Shown one piece after another: positions 33,336-42,266 of a DNA stretch of 64,000 nucleotides (positions within the stretch are counted from its first letter, which is position 1; the number at the start of each line of letters is the position of its first letter). Source of the stretch: Candidatus Multivoradales bacterium. Its GTDB lineage: Bacteria; Acidobacteriota; Thermoanaerobaculia; Multivoradales; JAHEKO01. The stretch covers positions 544,001-608,000 of the forward strand of contig CBDCXM010000009.1 of NCBI GenBank assembly GCA_965223855.1, in the 5' to 3' direction. The notes below the pieces were generated by a model that searched no databases, was not told where the DNA came from, and saw only the letters and a list, made by a program, of their open reading frames with translations. The position numbers and the translations under genes were made by a program.

Positions 33336-35642
33336 ATGCCTCGACTCTCAGCCTTCAGCCTCGCCCTGATCCTCGCTCTGGCAGCCGGATCCGTGTTCGC
33401 GGACTGGTCTCACTGGCGAGGGCCCGCGCGCGACGGCGACGCCGGGCCAACCGGCTTCCCACCCGGTTCCGTGACCATGGAAGTGCTGTGGAACCAGGAG
33501 CTCGGCTCGGGGTACTCGAGCGTCTCCGTGGTCGCGGACCTCGCGGTGACGGCAGCGACGATCGGCGACGCCGACTGGGTCGTCGCCTTCGATGCGGCGA
33601 CGGGGCGGAAGCGGTGGCGCTATCGGCTCGGCGACGCCTTTCGCGGCCGCTCCGGTTCCGATGACGGCCCGATGGCGACACCGGCACTCGCGGCCGGCAA
33701 GGTCGTCGCAGTGTCGGGAGAGGGGTCGCTCGTCGTTCTCGACGCGACCAGCGGGCGGGAGCTGTGGAAGCGCGACCTCGTTGCCGACGACGAAGCACGG
33801 GTCGAGGTCTACGGCTACTCGGCCGCGCCGCTCGTCGACGGCGACACAGTGATCGTTCAGCTCGGCTCCGAGAGCGCCATGCTGGCGGCGTTCGCCCTCG
33901 AGGACGGGACGTCGCTGTGGCGTTCCGCGGGGGCGCTTGCGACCCACCACAATCCGTCCATCGTCGAGCTGGCTGGCCGGCGTCAGGTGGTCGCCTCGGG
34001 CGTCACCTCGGTCCACGGTTTCGACGTCACAGACGGCTCGACGTTGTGGAGTCTCGATCTCGAGGACCATTCCGAGAGCGGGGAGATCGTCCCGCTCGGG
34101 ACCGACCGCGTGCTCGTGACCCGCTGGAGCGATGTCCACGCCATCGAAGTGACTGTGGCTGGCGAGGCGATGACGGCGGCGCTCGTGTGGAGCTCGAACA
34201 GCCTCGGCAACACCTACGCGGTACCGGTGGTCCGCGACGGCTACCTCTACGGCCTCAAACGCGGCTTCCTGACCTGCGTCGATGCCGCCACCGGAGAGGT
34301 CGTGTGGCGGTCCAGACCTCCGGGCGGAAACACCATCGTGGCGGCCGGCGGCAGCCTCTTCCTGCTCACCACCGACGGCGAACTCGTCGGGGTCGAGGCG
34401 ACGGCCGACGGCTACCGTGAGACCGGACGCGCGGATCTGTTCGACACCGGCTCCGTTCACACTCCGGCAAGTGCGTCCGGCGGCAGGCTCTTCGTTCGCA
34501 ACCTCCACTCGATCGCCGCCGTCGCCGTCGCTCCCGGGCAGGCACTCGCGGCGACAGGCGAGTCGATCGCCCCCCCAGCCGGCTCCGTTCTCGCCGGGCT
34601 CGCGAGCGACCTCGCCGGCGAAGGTGGAGCTTCGGCCGTCGACGCGTTCCTCGATCGCCACCCGGTGTCGCCGATTCTCGACGGCGAACACGTTCATTTC
34701 GTCTACCGTGGCGACGTCGAGGACCTGGCGCTGCTTGGAGACATGACCGGCGGCAACACCGAGGAGGTGATGCACCGCCTCGGAGACTCCGACCTCTTCT
34801 TCCGCAGCTACCCGTTGCCGGCCGGTGAACGCTGGGAGTACACCCTGCGCGAGTTCGACCGCGGATTTCCCGACCCGCGCAATCCCGACCGGGTGGGCGC
34901 CGAGGGACGGGAGCGCTCGGTCGTTCGGTTCCCGGGCTGGTCGGACCTCGAGACGGCGGCTGAGGCTGCCGGCGAGTTCGCCGAGCACACCCTGCCCGCG
35001 GAGTCGGAGGACGGTGACGAGCTGGCGCTCACGATCTACTCCCCGGCGGCGGCGGGCGACGGTCCGCTACCGATGCTCGTCTGGTTCGACGGCCGGGGGG
35101 CGCAGAGCGACGGCAGGATCCCGCAGACCCTCGACCGCCTCGCGGCGGAGGGCCTGGCAGTGCGGGCCGTCTTCCTGAGACTGCCCGGGAACTACGCCTG
35201 GGAGGTGGGTCTCGACGCGCTCCGAGCGGCGCTGCGCGACAGGATCCTCCCTCTCCTCGACGCGCACTACCCCGCGAGCGGCTCCCGCTTCCTCGTCGCG
35301 CAGGGCTGGACCGCGGAGGTCGCCCTGCCGGTCGCGCTCGAGCTGGGTTTCTCGGGCCTCGCGCTCCAGTCGCCGGTCATCGGCTCGCCGCGGCCGGAGG
35401 CGAGGGTGCGGGAGGCCGCCCCCGGAGTCGACGAGTTCGCCCTCTGGGTCGACTACGGCCGCTTCGACACCACGTACCCGGTGCAAGGCTGGTCCGCCTC
35501 GGGAGCGGCGGGGGACCTGGAGTCTCTGTTCTCCGAACTCGGCTTCCGCGCCACGCGGCTCGAGACCGGAGGAGGCGCCAACTGGACTCGCTGGCGCGGC
35601 GCGACCCCGGCGCTGGTGCGCTCGCTCGCCGGGAACGAGTAG
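33336..35642 (+). CDS. Secreted PQQ-like (BamB) beta-propeller fused to Fes-like esterase-fold domain
   Basis: WSHWRGP.RDG, repeated DAATG..W; CBM48-like segment LGDM..EY..DPRNP; esterase-like C-terminus. Confidence 0.85.
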   Translation: MPRLSAFSLALILALAAGSVFADWSHWRGPARDGDAGPTGFPPGSVTMEVLWNQELGSGYSSVSVVADLAVTAATIGDADWVVAFDAATGRKRWRYRLGDAFRGRSGSDDGPMATPALAAGKVVAVSGEGSLVVLDATSGRELWKRDLVADDEARVEVYGYSAAPLVDGDTVIVQLGSESAMLAAFALEDGTSLWRSAGALATHHNPSIVELAGRRQVVASGVTSVHGFDVTDGSTLWSLDLEDHSESGEIVPLGTDRVLVTRWSDVHAIEVTVAGEAMTAALVWSSNSLGNTYAVPVVRDGYLYGLKRGFLTCVDAATGEVVWRSRPPGGNTIVAAGGSLFLLTTDGELVGVEATADGYRETGRADLFDTGSVHTPASASGGRLFVRNLHSIAAVAVAPGQALAATGESIAPPAGSVLAGLASDLAGEGGASAVDAFLDRHPVSPILDGEHVHFVYRGDVEDLALLGDMTGGNTEEVMHRLGDSDLFFRSYPLPAGERWEYTLREFDRGFPDPRNPDRVGAEGRERSVVRFPGWSDLETAAEAAGEFAEHTLPAESEDGDELALTIYSPAAAGDGPLPMLVWFDGRGAQSDGRIPQTLDRLAAEGLAVRAVFLRLPGNYAWEVGLDALRAALRDRILPLLDAHYPASGSRFLVAQGWTAEVALPVALELGFSGLALQSPVIGSPRPEARVREAAPGVDEFALWVDYGRFDTTYPVQGWSASGAAGDLESLFSELGFRATRLETGGGANWTRWRGATPALVRSLAGNE

Positions 35643-35669
35643 GTAGAACAGCCGGGCCGGACTCCGCCT

Positions 35670-35924
35670 TCAGTCGACGATGCCGACGACCAGCGAGCGC
35701 ATCGGCGCCGAGTCGTCCTCGAGGATCTGCCGCGCACCGTTGCCCTCGTCGAGGACCAGGACCGTCTCTCCGTGCCCGGCACCGATGGCGTCGAGCGCGA
35801 GCAGGTAGCCGTCGGTCGGTCCGCCTTCTTCGTCGAGTCGCTCGACCACCAGCAGCCGGCGACCGTCGATCACCGGGTGGTGGATCGTCGAGACGACGCT
35901 GCCGACGATGCGCCCGAGAATCAT
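35670..35924 (-). CDS. BMC pentamer (EutN/CcmL)
   Basis: MILGRIVGSVVST, ALDAIGAGHGETVLV, VVGIVD. Confidence 0.95.
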   Translation of the reverse strand: MILGRIVGSVVSTIHHPVIDGRRLLVVERLDEEGGPTDGYLLALDAIGAGHGETVLVLDEGNGARQILEDDSAPMRSLVVGIVD

Positions 35925-36205
35925 CGCGGTGATTCCCCGTCGAGACGGACGTCGTCGACCAGCCCGACGACGGCGTGGTCGACCGGCACGTACCAGGGGT
36001 CGAGGGTCAGCGCCGCCTCACGACTCTCGACCCAGTAGACGAGTTCGCCGGGGCCCGCCATCCGGGTCCCGTCGGCGCAGACGATCGGCTCGCCCGCCGG
36101 CTGCCGGCGGCGATCGAGGGGCTGGACCCACAGGAGCGGCACCCCTTCGAGGCCGTCGGCGACCAGCGCGGGCACCAGGGTTCCGGTCACCCGTCCCAGG
36201 AGCAT
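35921..36205 (-). CDS. BMC pentamer (EutN/CcmL)
   Basis: MLLGRVTGTLV, AGPGELV, SREAA, PVDHAVVGLVD. Confidence 0.92.
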   Translation of the reverse strand: MLLGRVTGTLVPALVADGLEGVPLLWVQPLDRRRQPAGEPIVCADGTRMAGPGELVYWVESREAALTLDPWYVPVDHAVVGLVDDVRLDGESPR

Positions 36206-36828
36206 GCGACCTCCTCGGGGTACTCGGCGCCTGCGGGCTCGACTCCGGGGCCGGGCGCGAAGGCGCTGCCGGTGGCGAGCAGCGCGCGCAGGTTGTCGTC
36301 GAGGCGCGGTAGCAGCGAGCGGCCGAGGACGGCCTCGCCGGCGCGCTCGGCGGCCAGCTCGAGGGCGGTCGTCGCGGTCGTCAGATCGCCCGACAGCAAT
36401 CCGACCGCCTTGCCGCCGAGATCGTCGGCGAGGCGTACCTCGACGATCTCGACGTCCGTGCCCTTGACCGCCGCGTCGAGGCCGCGCAGCAGCGCCGGTG
36501 AGGTGGCGCACTCGAGCACCGCGAGTGCGTCGCCGCCCGGCGTGCGGCGCTCGCCGACCACCGCGTCGTGAAGCTGCGGGTGGACGTCGCCCAGGAAGAC
36601 GCCGTCGAGCTCCCTCGCGGAGTCGGCGACCGCGAAGGCGACCTCGGTCGCCGCCACGCTGCCGCCGACGAGGACCAGGTAGCGGCCGGGGTGGACGGTC
36701 CCGGCGCGCAACAGGGCGATCGGTGCCGCCTTGACCATCCGGTCGGCGGCCGCGAGGCCGGCGGCGATGCTCGCCCACTCGACCAGCGCCAGTGCGGCGT
36801 GGCGACGCTCTCCCGCGGCCTTCGCCAT
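36187..36828 (-). CDS. BMC trimer (PduT-like tandem BMC domain)
   Basis: SIAAGLAAADRMVKAA, PGRYLVLVGG, second domain DAAVKG..LGGK. Confidence 0.9.
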   Translation of the reverse strand: MAKAAGERRHAALALVEWASIAAGLAAADRMVKAAPIALLRAGTVHPGRYLVLVGGSVAATEVAFAVADSARELDGVFLGDVHPQLHDAVVGERRTPGGDALAVLECATSPALLRGLDAAVKGTDVEIVEVRLADDLGGKAVGLLSGDLTTATTALELAAERAGEAVLGRSLLPRLDDNLRALLATGSAFAPGPGVEPAGAEYPEEVACSWDG

Positions 36829-36829
36829 C

Positions 36830-38272
36830 TCAGACGATGCGGAAGTGATCGACCATCACGCAGCGGCGCAGGCGGCTGAAGCTGATCGGCCCGGTCAGGC
36901 CCTCGCCGGTCGGGCTGGCGATGGTGAAGCTGGTGTGGCCCTCGCCTCCCTCGCCGAGACCGGCATAGAACGGACCGTTCTTGGTGAAGATGCTGGTGTT
37001 GATCACCCGGGCCATCTTCGACAGCGCCTCGATGTCGCGCGAGTACATGCCGGACGAATGGCCGAAGCCGTGCTCCGCCTCCTTCGCCAGCTCGATGCCG
37101 CGATCCACGTCGGGGACGGAGGTGACCGGCAGCACCGGCATCATCTGCTCGGTCCACACCAGCGGATGCTCGTTCGGCACGCGCGCCACGGCGAGGCGTG
37201 GGTTGCCGTGACCGGAGATGCCGGCCGCATCGAGAATCACCCCAGCATCCTTGCCGATGAAGTCTTTGTGGACCACCGAGCGGCGACCCGGGCCGCGGTT
37301 CTCGGCAAAGATCGTCCGCTCGACCTTCTCGAGCTCCGCCGGGTCGAGCAGGTAGGCACCGTGGCGCTCCATCTGCGCGACGAGCTCGTCGACGATCGAG
37401 TAGACGGCGATCACTTCCTTTTCGTCGGTGCAGACGATGTTGTTGTCGAACGACGCCCCGGCGACGATCGACCTGCCGGCGTGCTCGAGGTCGGCGGTCT
37501 CATCGACCACCACCGGCGGGTTGCCAGGGCCGGCGCAGATCGCCCGCTTGCCGCTCTTCATCGCCGCGCGCACGACTCCCGTGCCGCCTGTGACCACCAG
37601 CAAACGGATCCCCTTGTGGGTCATCAGCTCCTGCGCCGACTCGATCGTCGGCTGCGCCACGCCGCAGACGACGTTCGGCGGTCCGCCGGCCGCCTGGATC
37701 ACCCGGTGGAGCAGACGGATGTTGTGCTTCGAGCATTCGGCGGCGTTGGGGTGGACGTTGAAGACCACGGTGTTGCCGGCCGAGACCATGGCGATCGTGT
37801 TGCAGATGATCGTCGAGGTCGGATTGGTGGTCGGCGTGATCGCGCCGATGACGCCGTAGGGAGCGTACTCGGTGAGGGTGAGGCCCCGGTCGCCGGTCAC
37901 CGCCTGCGGCGTCAGCGTTTCGACGCCGGCGGTCTTGTTGGTGACCAGCCGGTTCTTGACGATCTTGTCGCTCGTGCGCCCGAGGCCGGTCTCTTCGTGC
38001 GCCATGCGAGCCAGCTCCTCGGCATGCTCGAGCATCGACTCGCGGATCGCCGCGATGATGGTGGTGCGTCGCTCGAGCGACAGCTCATCGAGTCGCCGGA
38101 ACGCCTCCCGGGCCGCAGCGACGGCATCATCGACGGTCGCGAAGATCCCTTCGCCGAGCCCGGCGCCGGTCGACGTCGACGGCACGGATGCCGGTCCGGC
38201 GGAGGCTCCTCCCGCAATCCGCGCCGCCAGCCGGTCGGCGATCCGCTCGACCTGAGCCTCGCTGAGGCTCAC
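36830..38272 (-). CDS. eutE: CoA-acylating aldehyde dehydrogenase (EutE/PduP type) with N-terminal encapsulation peptide
   Basis: ETGLG, PTTNPTST, VTGG, AGPGNPP, SFDNNIVCTDEK, EQMMP; N-terminal helix SEAQVERIADRLAARI. Confidence 0.93.
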   Translation of the reverse strand: MSLSEAQVERIADRLAARIAGGASAGPASVPSTSTGAGLGEGIFATVDDAVAAAREAFRRLDELSLERRTTIIAAIRESMLEHAEELARMAHEETGLGRTSDKIVKNRLVTNKTAGVETLTPQAVTGDRGLTLTEYAPYGVIGAITPTTNPTSTIICNTIAMVSAGNTVVFNVHPNAAECSKHNIRLLHRVIQAAGGPPNVVCGVAQPTIESAQELMTHKGIRLLVVTGGTGVVRAAMKSGKRAICAGPGNPPVVVDETADLEHAGRSIVAGASFDNNIVCTDEKEVIAVYSIVDELVAQMERHGAYLLDPAELEKVERTIFAENRGPGRRSVVHKDFIGKDAGVILDAAGISGHGNPRLAVARVPNEHPLVWTEQMMPVLPVTSVPDVDRGIELAKEAEHGFGHSSGMYSRDIEALSKMARVINTSIFTKNGPFYAGLGEGGEGHTSFTIASPTGEGLTGPISFSRLRRCVMVDHFRIV

Positions 38273-38568
38273 CCGTCAGCCCCCTTGCTGTAGCGCTCCT
38301 TGCCGTCGGTCTCCCAGCTGTCGACGATCGCCATCACCACGGCGTCGACCGGCTTGCCGTCGGTCGCCGCCGTCTGGCGGGCCGACGAACCGCTGGCGAA
38401 GAGCACCATCTCGCCGACCCCGGCACCGACGCCGTCGACCGCCACGACCGATCCACCGGCCGGCTTGTTGTCCGGCCCGTAGAGACCGAGCATCAGGAAG
38501 CGCAGCCCCCTGAGCTTCTCCTCCTTCTGGGTGGCGACGACGGTGCCGAGCACCTTGGCGAGCTTCAC
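38269..38568 (-). CDS. BMC pentamer (EutN/CcmL)
   Basis: KLAKVLGTVVATQK, VAVDGVGAGVGE, SGSSAR, PVDAVVMAIVD. Confidence 0.95.
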   Translation of the reverse strand: MKLAKVLGTVVATQKEEKLRGLRFLMLGLYGPDNKPAGGSVVAVDGVGAGVGEMVLFASGSSARQTAATDGKPVDAVVMAIVDSWETDGKERYSKGADG

Positions 38569-38569
38569 G

Positions 38570-38872
38570 CTACTTCTTGGCCTTGGCGGCCTCGGCGTCA
38601 CGTCCCAGCGGGATCACCAGATCGACGTTGGTGTGCGGCCGAGCGATCACATGCACCGCCACGACGTCACCGACTCGCGCCGCCGCCGTCTGCCCGGCGT
38701 CGCATGCCGCCTTCACCGCCGCCACGTCGCCGCGGATGACCGCGGTCGTGTAGCCGCCGCCGGTCTTCTCGTAGCTCACGAGCTCGACCCGCGCCGCCTT
38801 GACCATGGCATCGGCCGCCTCGACCATCGCCGGGAAGCTCCGGCATTCGACCATTCCCAAAGCTTCGGACAT
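38570..38872 (-). CDS. BMC hexamer (EutM/PduA type)
   Basis: [34 protein letters not shown]. Confidence 0.97.
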   Translation of the reverse strand: MSEALGMVECRSFPAMVEAADAMVKAARVELVSYEKTGGGYTTAVIRGDVAAVKAACDAGQTAAARVGDVVAVHVIARPHTNVDLVIPLGRDAEAAKAKK

Positions 38873-38929
38873 AGACCTACCTCCTGACCCCCGTGCCGTC
38901 CGGCACGCGGTTGATGACGGGACGGGGCG

Positions 38930-39553
38930 TCACTTCGCCCTCCCGGTGAGACTCTCGATCGCCTGCACGGCCGCGACCTGCGCGACCTCGACGTCTTCTT
39001 CCTCTCCGCCGATGTAGACGCGGCCGAAGCTGCCGACCGCCCGTACCTCGAGGATGTTGATGTTCGCCGCCTTCTCCGCCTCGTTGGCCGCCAGCGCCGC
39101 GTAGGCCGCCGGCTCGCACTCGAGGACGAAGAGCGTCTGCCCTGACAGGATCATGTTGCCGTGGCGCATCCGATTGACGAGCATCGTCTGGGTGTCGGCG
39201 AGATGACGCACCACCTGGTTCGACACCACCCGCGGCTTCATCCGATCCTGCTCGGTCAACCCGAGCGCGTCGAGGATCGCCGCACCCGCCTCCCGGACCT
39301 GGGCCTGAGAGTCGGAGTGGACTTCCAGCATGCCGAAGTGCCGCTCGACGATCTGCATCCCGGGCGTCACGTCGGTCGACTTGAGCGCGACGTCGGTGAT
39401 CCGGTTGACCTCCATCCCGGGTGCGATCTCGATGAAGAGACTCGCCTGCCCAGTGCGGGGCAGATACCCCTTCGAGATCGTCGCCTGGAACGAGGCGAAC
39501 TGCGGCTGCAGAGAATCGAGGATCACGAAGGCCCTCAGATCGACGTCGCTCAT
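38930..39553 (-). CDS. BMC permuted double-stacking trimer (CcmP/CsoS1D type)
   Basis: LRAFVILDSLQPQ, EIAPG, VERHFGMLEVH, NRMRHG, ANEAEKAA, GSFGR. Confidence 0.93.
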   Translation of the reverse strand: MSDVDLRAFVILDSLQPQFASFQATISKGYLPRTGQASLFIEIAPGMEVNRITDVALKSTDVTPGMQIVERHFGMLEVHSDSQAQVREAGAAILDALGLTEQDRMKPRVVSNQVVRHLADTQTMLVNRMRHGNMILSGQTLFVLECEPAAYAALAANEAEKAANINILEVRAVGSFGRVYIGGEEEDVEVAQVAAVQAIESLTGRAK

Positions 39554-39569
39554 CGGTTCCTCATCTCCC

Positions 39570-40910
39570 TCAGGCGCTCACGGTGGCCGCCACCGCCTCC
39601 TGGACGATCGCGATCGAGGCGCTGGCACCGAGCCGGGTCGCCCCCGCCTCGATCATCGCCCGCGCATCGCTGTAGGACTTGATGCCGCCGGACGCCTTGA
39701 CCTCCATGCCGGCCGGCCGCACGACCTCGGCCATCAGGGCGACGTCGGCGACCGTTGCGCCGCCGGTCGAGAAGCCGGTCGACGTCTTGACGAAGTGCGC
39801 TCGCGCCTGGCGCGAGAGCTCCGACGCCCGCCTCTTCTCGTCGTCGGTCAGGAGCGCTGTCTCCAGGATCACCTTGCACACAGCGCTACCGTCGCGGCAC
39901 GCCTCGACCACCGCGCGGATGTCGCGCAGCACCAGATCCTCGAGACCGCTCTTCATGGCGCCGACGTTGAGCACCATGTCGATCTCCTTCGCCCCGGCGC
40001 GGATCGCGCGCCGAGCCTCGAACGCCTTGATCTCCGGCTCGTTGGCGCCGAGGGGGAAGCCGACCACCGTGCAGGTGAGCACCTCGGAGCCACGCAGCAG
40101 TCGAGCGGCCAGCGGTACCCAGGTCGGATTGACGCACACCGACCGGAAGTTGTGCTCCCGCGCCTCGGCACAGAGCTTCTCGACCTGGTCCTGGGTCGCG
40201 TCGGGTTTGAGCAGCGTGTGGTCGATGTAGCGGGCGAGGTCTTCAGGGATCCGCCCCGGCGGCTCGACCTCGGCGACACTGGTGAGCCCGGTTGCTCCCA
40301 GGCGGATCAGGCCACGGGCCGTCTCGGGGCAGTCGCCGACGCACTGCCCGGCAGGCTGCCCGACCGACCCGAGCTTGGCGTGAAGCCGGGCGATCACCCG
40401 CTCGAGGTCGTGCTCCGACAGCGCAGGTTCACCTCCGGCTGCCGCCGGAGCCACCGCGGGCCCCCCGGCGCCGGCGCCGTCGCCGATCATCGCCACCCGC
40501 TTGCGATGGCGCGGCTCGGTGCACTCCGTGGCAAGCCAGACGTCGACGATCTGACGCGCCAGCCCCGGCCCGATCAACGCGGCGCCGAGGGTCAGGACGT
40601 TGGCGTCGTTGTGCTCACGACTGTTGCGCGCGCTCGACACGTCGTAGGCGAGCGCAGCCCGCACGCCCGGCACCTTGTTGGCCGCCATCGAAGAACCGAT
40701 GCCTGCGCCGTCGATCATGATCCCGACGTCGGCACGCCCCTCCGCCACCGCCTCGGCCACCGCGCGGGCGAACACCGGGTAGTCAACCGCGTCGGTGGTC
40801 GAGGTCCCGAGGTCGGTCACCTGGTGCCCGGCCGCCGTCAGATGCCAGGTCAACGCCGCCTTGAGCTCGACTCCACCGTGGTCGGCACCGATGGCGATTC
40901 TCACGACCAC
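39570..40910 (-). CDS. deoC: RpiB-DeoC fusion (sugar-phosphate isomerase + deoxyribose-phosphate aldolase) with internal encapsulation-peptide-like helix
   Basis: GADHGG, DYP, DGAGIGS..ANKVPG, REHNDAN; [40 protein letters not shown]. Confidence 0.93.
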   Translation of the reverse strand: MVVRIAIGADHGGVELKAALTWHLTAAGHQVTDLGTSTTDAVDYPVFARAVAEAVAEGRADVGIMIDGAGIGSSMAANKVPGVRAALAYDVSSARNSREHNDANVLTLGAALIGPGLARQIVDVWLATECTEPRHRKRVAMIGDGAGAGGPAVAPAAAGGEPALSEHDLERVIARLHAKLGSVGQPAGQCVGDCPETARGLIRLGATGLTSVAEVEPPGRIPEDLARYIDHTLLKPDATQDQVEKLCAEAREHNFRSVCVNPTWVPLAARLLRGSEVLTCTVVGFPLGANEPEIKAFEARRAIRAGAKEIDMVLNVGAMKSGLEDLVLRDIRAVVEACRDGSAVCKVILETALLTDDEKRRASELSRQARAHFVKTSTGFSTGGATVADVALMAEVVRPAGMEVKASGGIKSYSDARAMIEAGATRLGASASIAIVQEAVAATVSA

Positions 40911-41245
40911 ACCTCCGAGTCGTCGCGACGTTCCGAGGCGAGCACCGGCCGGATCACCCCTTCCTCGCTCTCGAGCACCGACTGGAGCGTCCGAACATGA
41001 AATCGCAGCCGCTCGAGCCCGAGCTCGGTCATCCGGAACTCGGTCACCGAACGCCGACCCCGCAGCCCCTTGCGGATGTCGATGTATCCGGCATCGGCCA
41101 GCTTGTTGGTCTGCACATGGAGATTGCCGTCGGCAAGACCGGTCTCGCGCTTGAGCTCGGTGAAGCGCACCGCCTCGCCGGGGGCCAGGGTGGCCAGAAT
41201 GGCGAGCCGCGCAGGGGAGGTGATCATCTCGTCGAACTGTGGCAA
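40901..41245 (-). CDS. Winged-helix transcriptional regulator (HTH_34, MarR/ArsR-like)
   Basis: [31 protein letters not shown]; overlaps start of rpiB-deoC. Confidence 0.88.
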   Translation of the reverse strand: MPQFDEMITSPARLAILATLAPGEAVRFTELKRETGLADGNLHVQTNKLADAGYIDIRKGLRGRRSVTEFRMTELGLERLRFHVRTLQSVLESEEGVIRPVLASERRDDSEVWS

Positions 41246-41268
41246 CGCAGGGGCTTACGAGCTGTTTT

Positions 41269-41287
41269 TACTTCGTCTCTTGAAGTA
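41269..41287. promoter_or_regulatory. Palindromic operator 1
   Basis: TACTTC-N7-GAAGTA, overlapping the minus-strand -10. Confidence 0.7.
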
Positions 41288-41313
41288 TTGCTCGCTACAG
41301 ACGCAGCAGTCAA
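41284..41313 (-). promoter_or_regulatory. Putative sigma70 promoter of the regulator-BMC operon
   Basis: TTGACT-N18-AATACT on the minus strand. Confidence 0.5.
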
Positions 41314-41339
41314 GCTTTGCGGCCGCCCAATGCTGCCTA

Positions 41340-41358
41340 AACTTCACATTTTGAAGTA
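41340..41358. promoter_or_regulatory. Palindromic operator 2
   Basis: AACTTC-N7-GAAGTA, overlapping plus-strand TAAACT (41338-41343). Confidence 0.65.
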
Positions 41359-41396
41359 ATGCGGCTCCACTGGCGTGGGGGCTTCTCGGATCGACC

Positions 41397-41520
41397 GGCG
41401 TCCGGCCGACCGAGGGATCCTTGCGACAGGGACGTCGCCCCGCTTTCAGGTGTGGCTCGGGACGGCTCGAACGAGGCATCTGATGCCCTGCTGCAAGGTT
41501 CCCTCGGTCGGCCGGACGCC
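41397..41520 (+). repeat. Structured repeat unit 1 (66-nt core 41426-41491)
   Basis: CAGGGACGTCGCCCC-N23-GCTCGAACGAGG-N9-CCCTGC inside a long inverted repeat (21 bp perfect plus extension). Confidence 0.85.
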
Positions 41521-41623
41521 TATGTGGGTGAGACTTCGGGCCGGCTCGCAGTTCGCGGGTGGACTTGTCGAAGCAGGGGCATCGAGCTTTTCGAGCCTTC
41601 TCGCGGTTCGAGCCGGCACTCTC

Positions 41624-41732
41624 GACTCTGCTCAGGCTCCCCCCGCAGGGATGTCGCCCTGCTGTTCAGGGTGAAGCCGGTCTGCTCGAACGAGGGTACT
41701 CATACCCTGCGGCTGGGAGCCTGGGCAGGGTC
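41624..41732 (+). repeat. Structured repeat unit 2 (core 41645-41710)
   Basis: GCAGGGATGTCGCCCT-N23-GCTCGAACGAGG-N9-CCCTGC with a different outer stem. Confidence 0.85.
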
Positions 41733-41838
41733 TCGGTTGCCTACGGTTCGTTGCGGGGATGGAGAAGGGGTTCGACGAGATTAGAGAGAGGGGAGGACCC
41801 CCCTCCCGTCCCAGTGGTGCGCACCGGTACCGTGCGTA

Positions 41839-41965
41839 GGAGCCCCAGCCTTGCGGAGGGTTCCGGCCGCAGGGTGTCGGTGCCCTCGTTCTAGGAGGTC
41901 CGCGCTTCAGATTCCCCTGGGGCGACATCCCTGCGGGGGAACCCTTCGCACGGCGCAGGGGCTCC
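41839..41965 (-). repeat. Structured repeat unit 3 (core 41869-41934, inverted)
   Basis: Reverse complement reads GCAGGGATGTCGCCCC-N23-CCTAGAACGAGG-N9-CCCTGC; own outer stem. Confidence 0.85.
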
Positions 41966-42064
41966 GGGTGTATCCGCGCACACCGTCGCTGAGACCCTCT
42001 GGATCTTCCAAGCCGACTTCACTAGGTCCCTCCACCTCGGAGACCCACCGTCGCCGCCCCGGTA

Positions 42065-42190
42065 GGCGGGCGGCCCGAGCGCAGATCCCGTCAGGCAGGG
42101 CATCAGATGCCTCGTTCGAGCAGAACCGCAGGACACATACCCCTGGGGCGACGTCCCTGCAGACGGGAACTGCGATCGGGCCGGCCCGCC
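42065..42190 (-). repeat. Structured repeat unit 4 (core 42095-42160, inverted)
   Basis: Reverse complement reads GCAGGGACGTCGCCCC-N23-GCTCGAACGAGG-N9-CCCTGC; own outer stem. Confidence 0.85.
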
Positions 42191-42266
42191 GGCAGTCAAA
42201 GAAGGCCGTCAGACTTCCAGTGCGGATTGAGCGGTCGGATCCGAGCCGCCGGCAACCACCAGGGAG

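Noticed and set aside
41426-41491. Hammerhead, HDV or known riboswitch identity for the repeat core
   Set aside because: CTGATG occurs in only two copies and lacks the GAAA partner; no riboswitch consensus recognised by eye.
41717-41749. Group II intron domain V look-alike (GAGCC...CGGTTC)
   Set aside because: No GNRA loop or correctly placed bulge, no RT gene, and its 5' half is already the outer stem of repeat unit 2.
41359-41784. 141-aa ORF (and other short ORFs) across the repeat array
   Set aside because: Non-protein-like composition and no RBS; the recurring RDVA/SNE peptides just reflect the DNA repeat.
41397-42190. CRISPR or TIGR-type guide array
   Set aside because: Period is about 220 nt, orientation is mixed, variable segments resemble each other, and no cas or Nop-domain gene is in the window.
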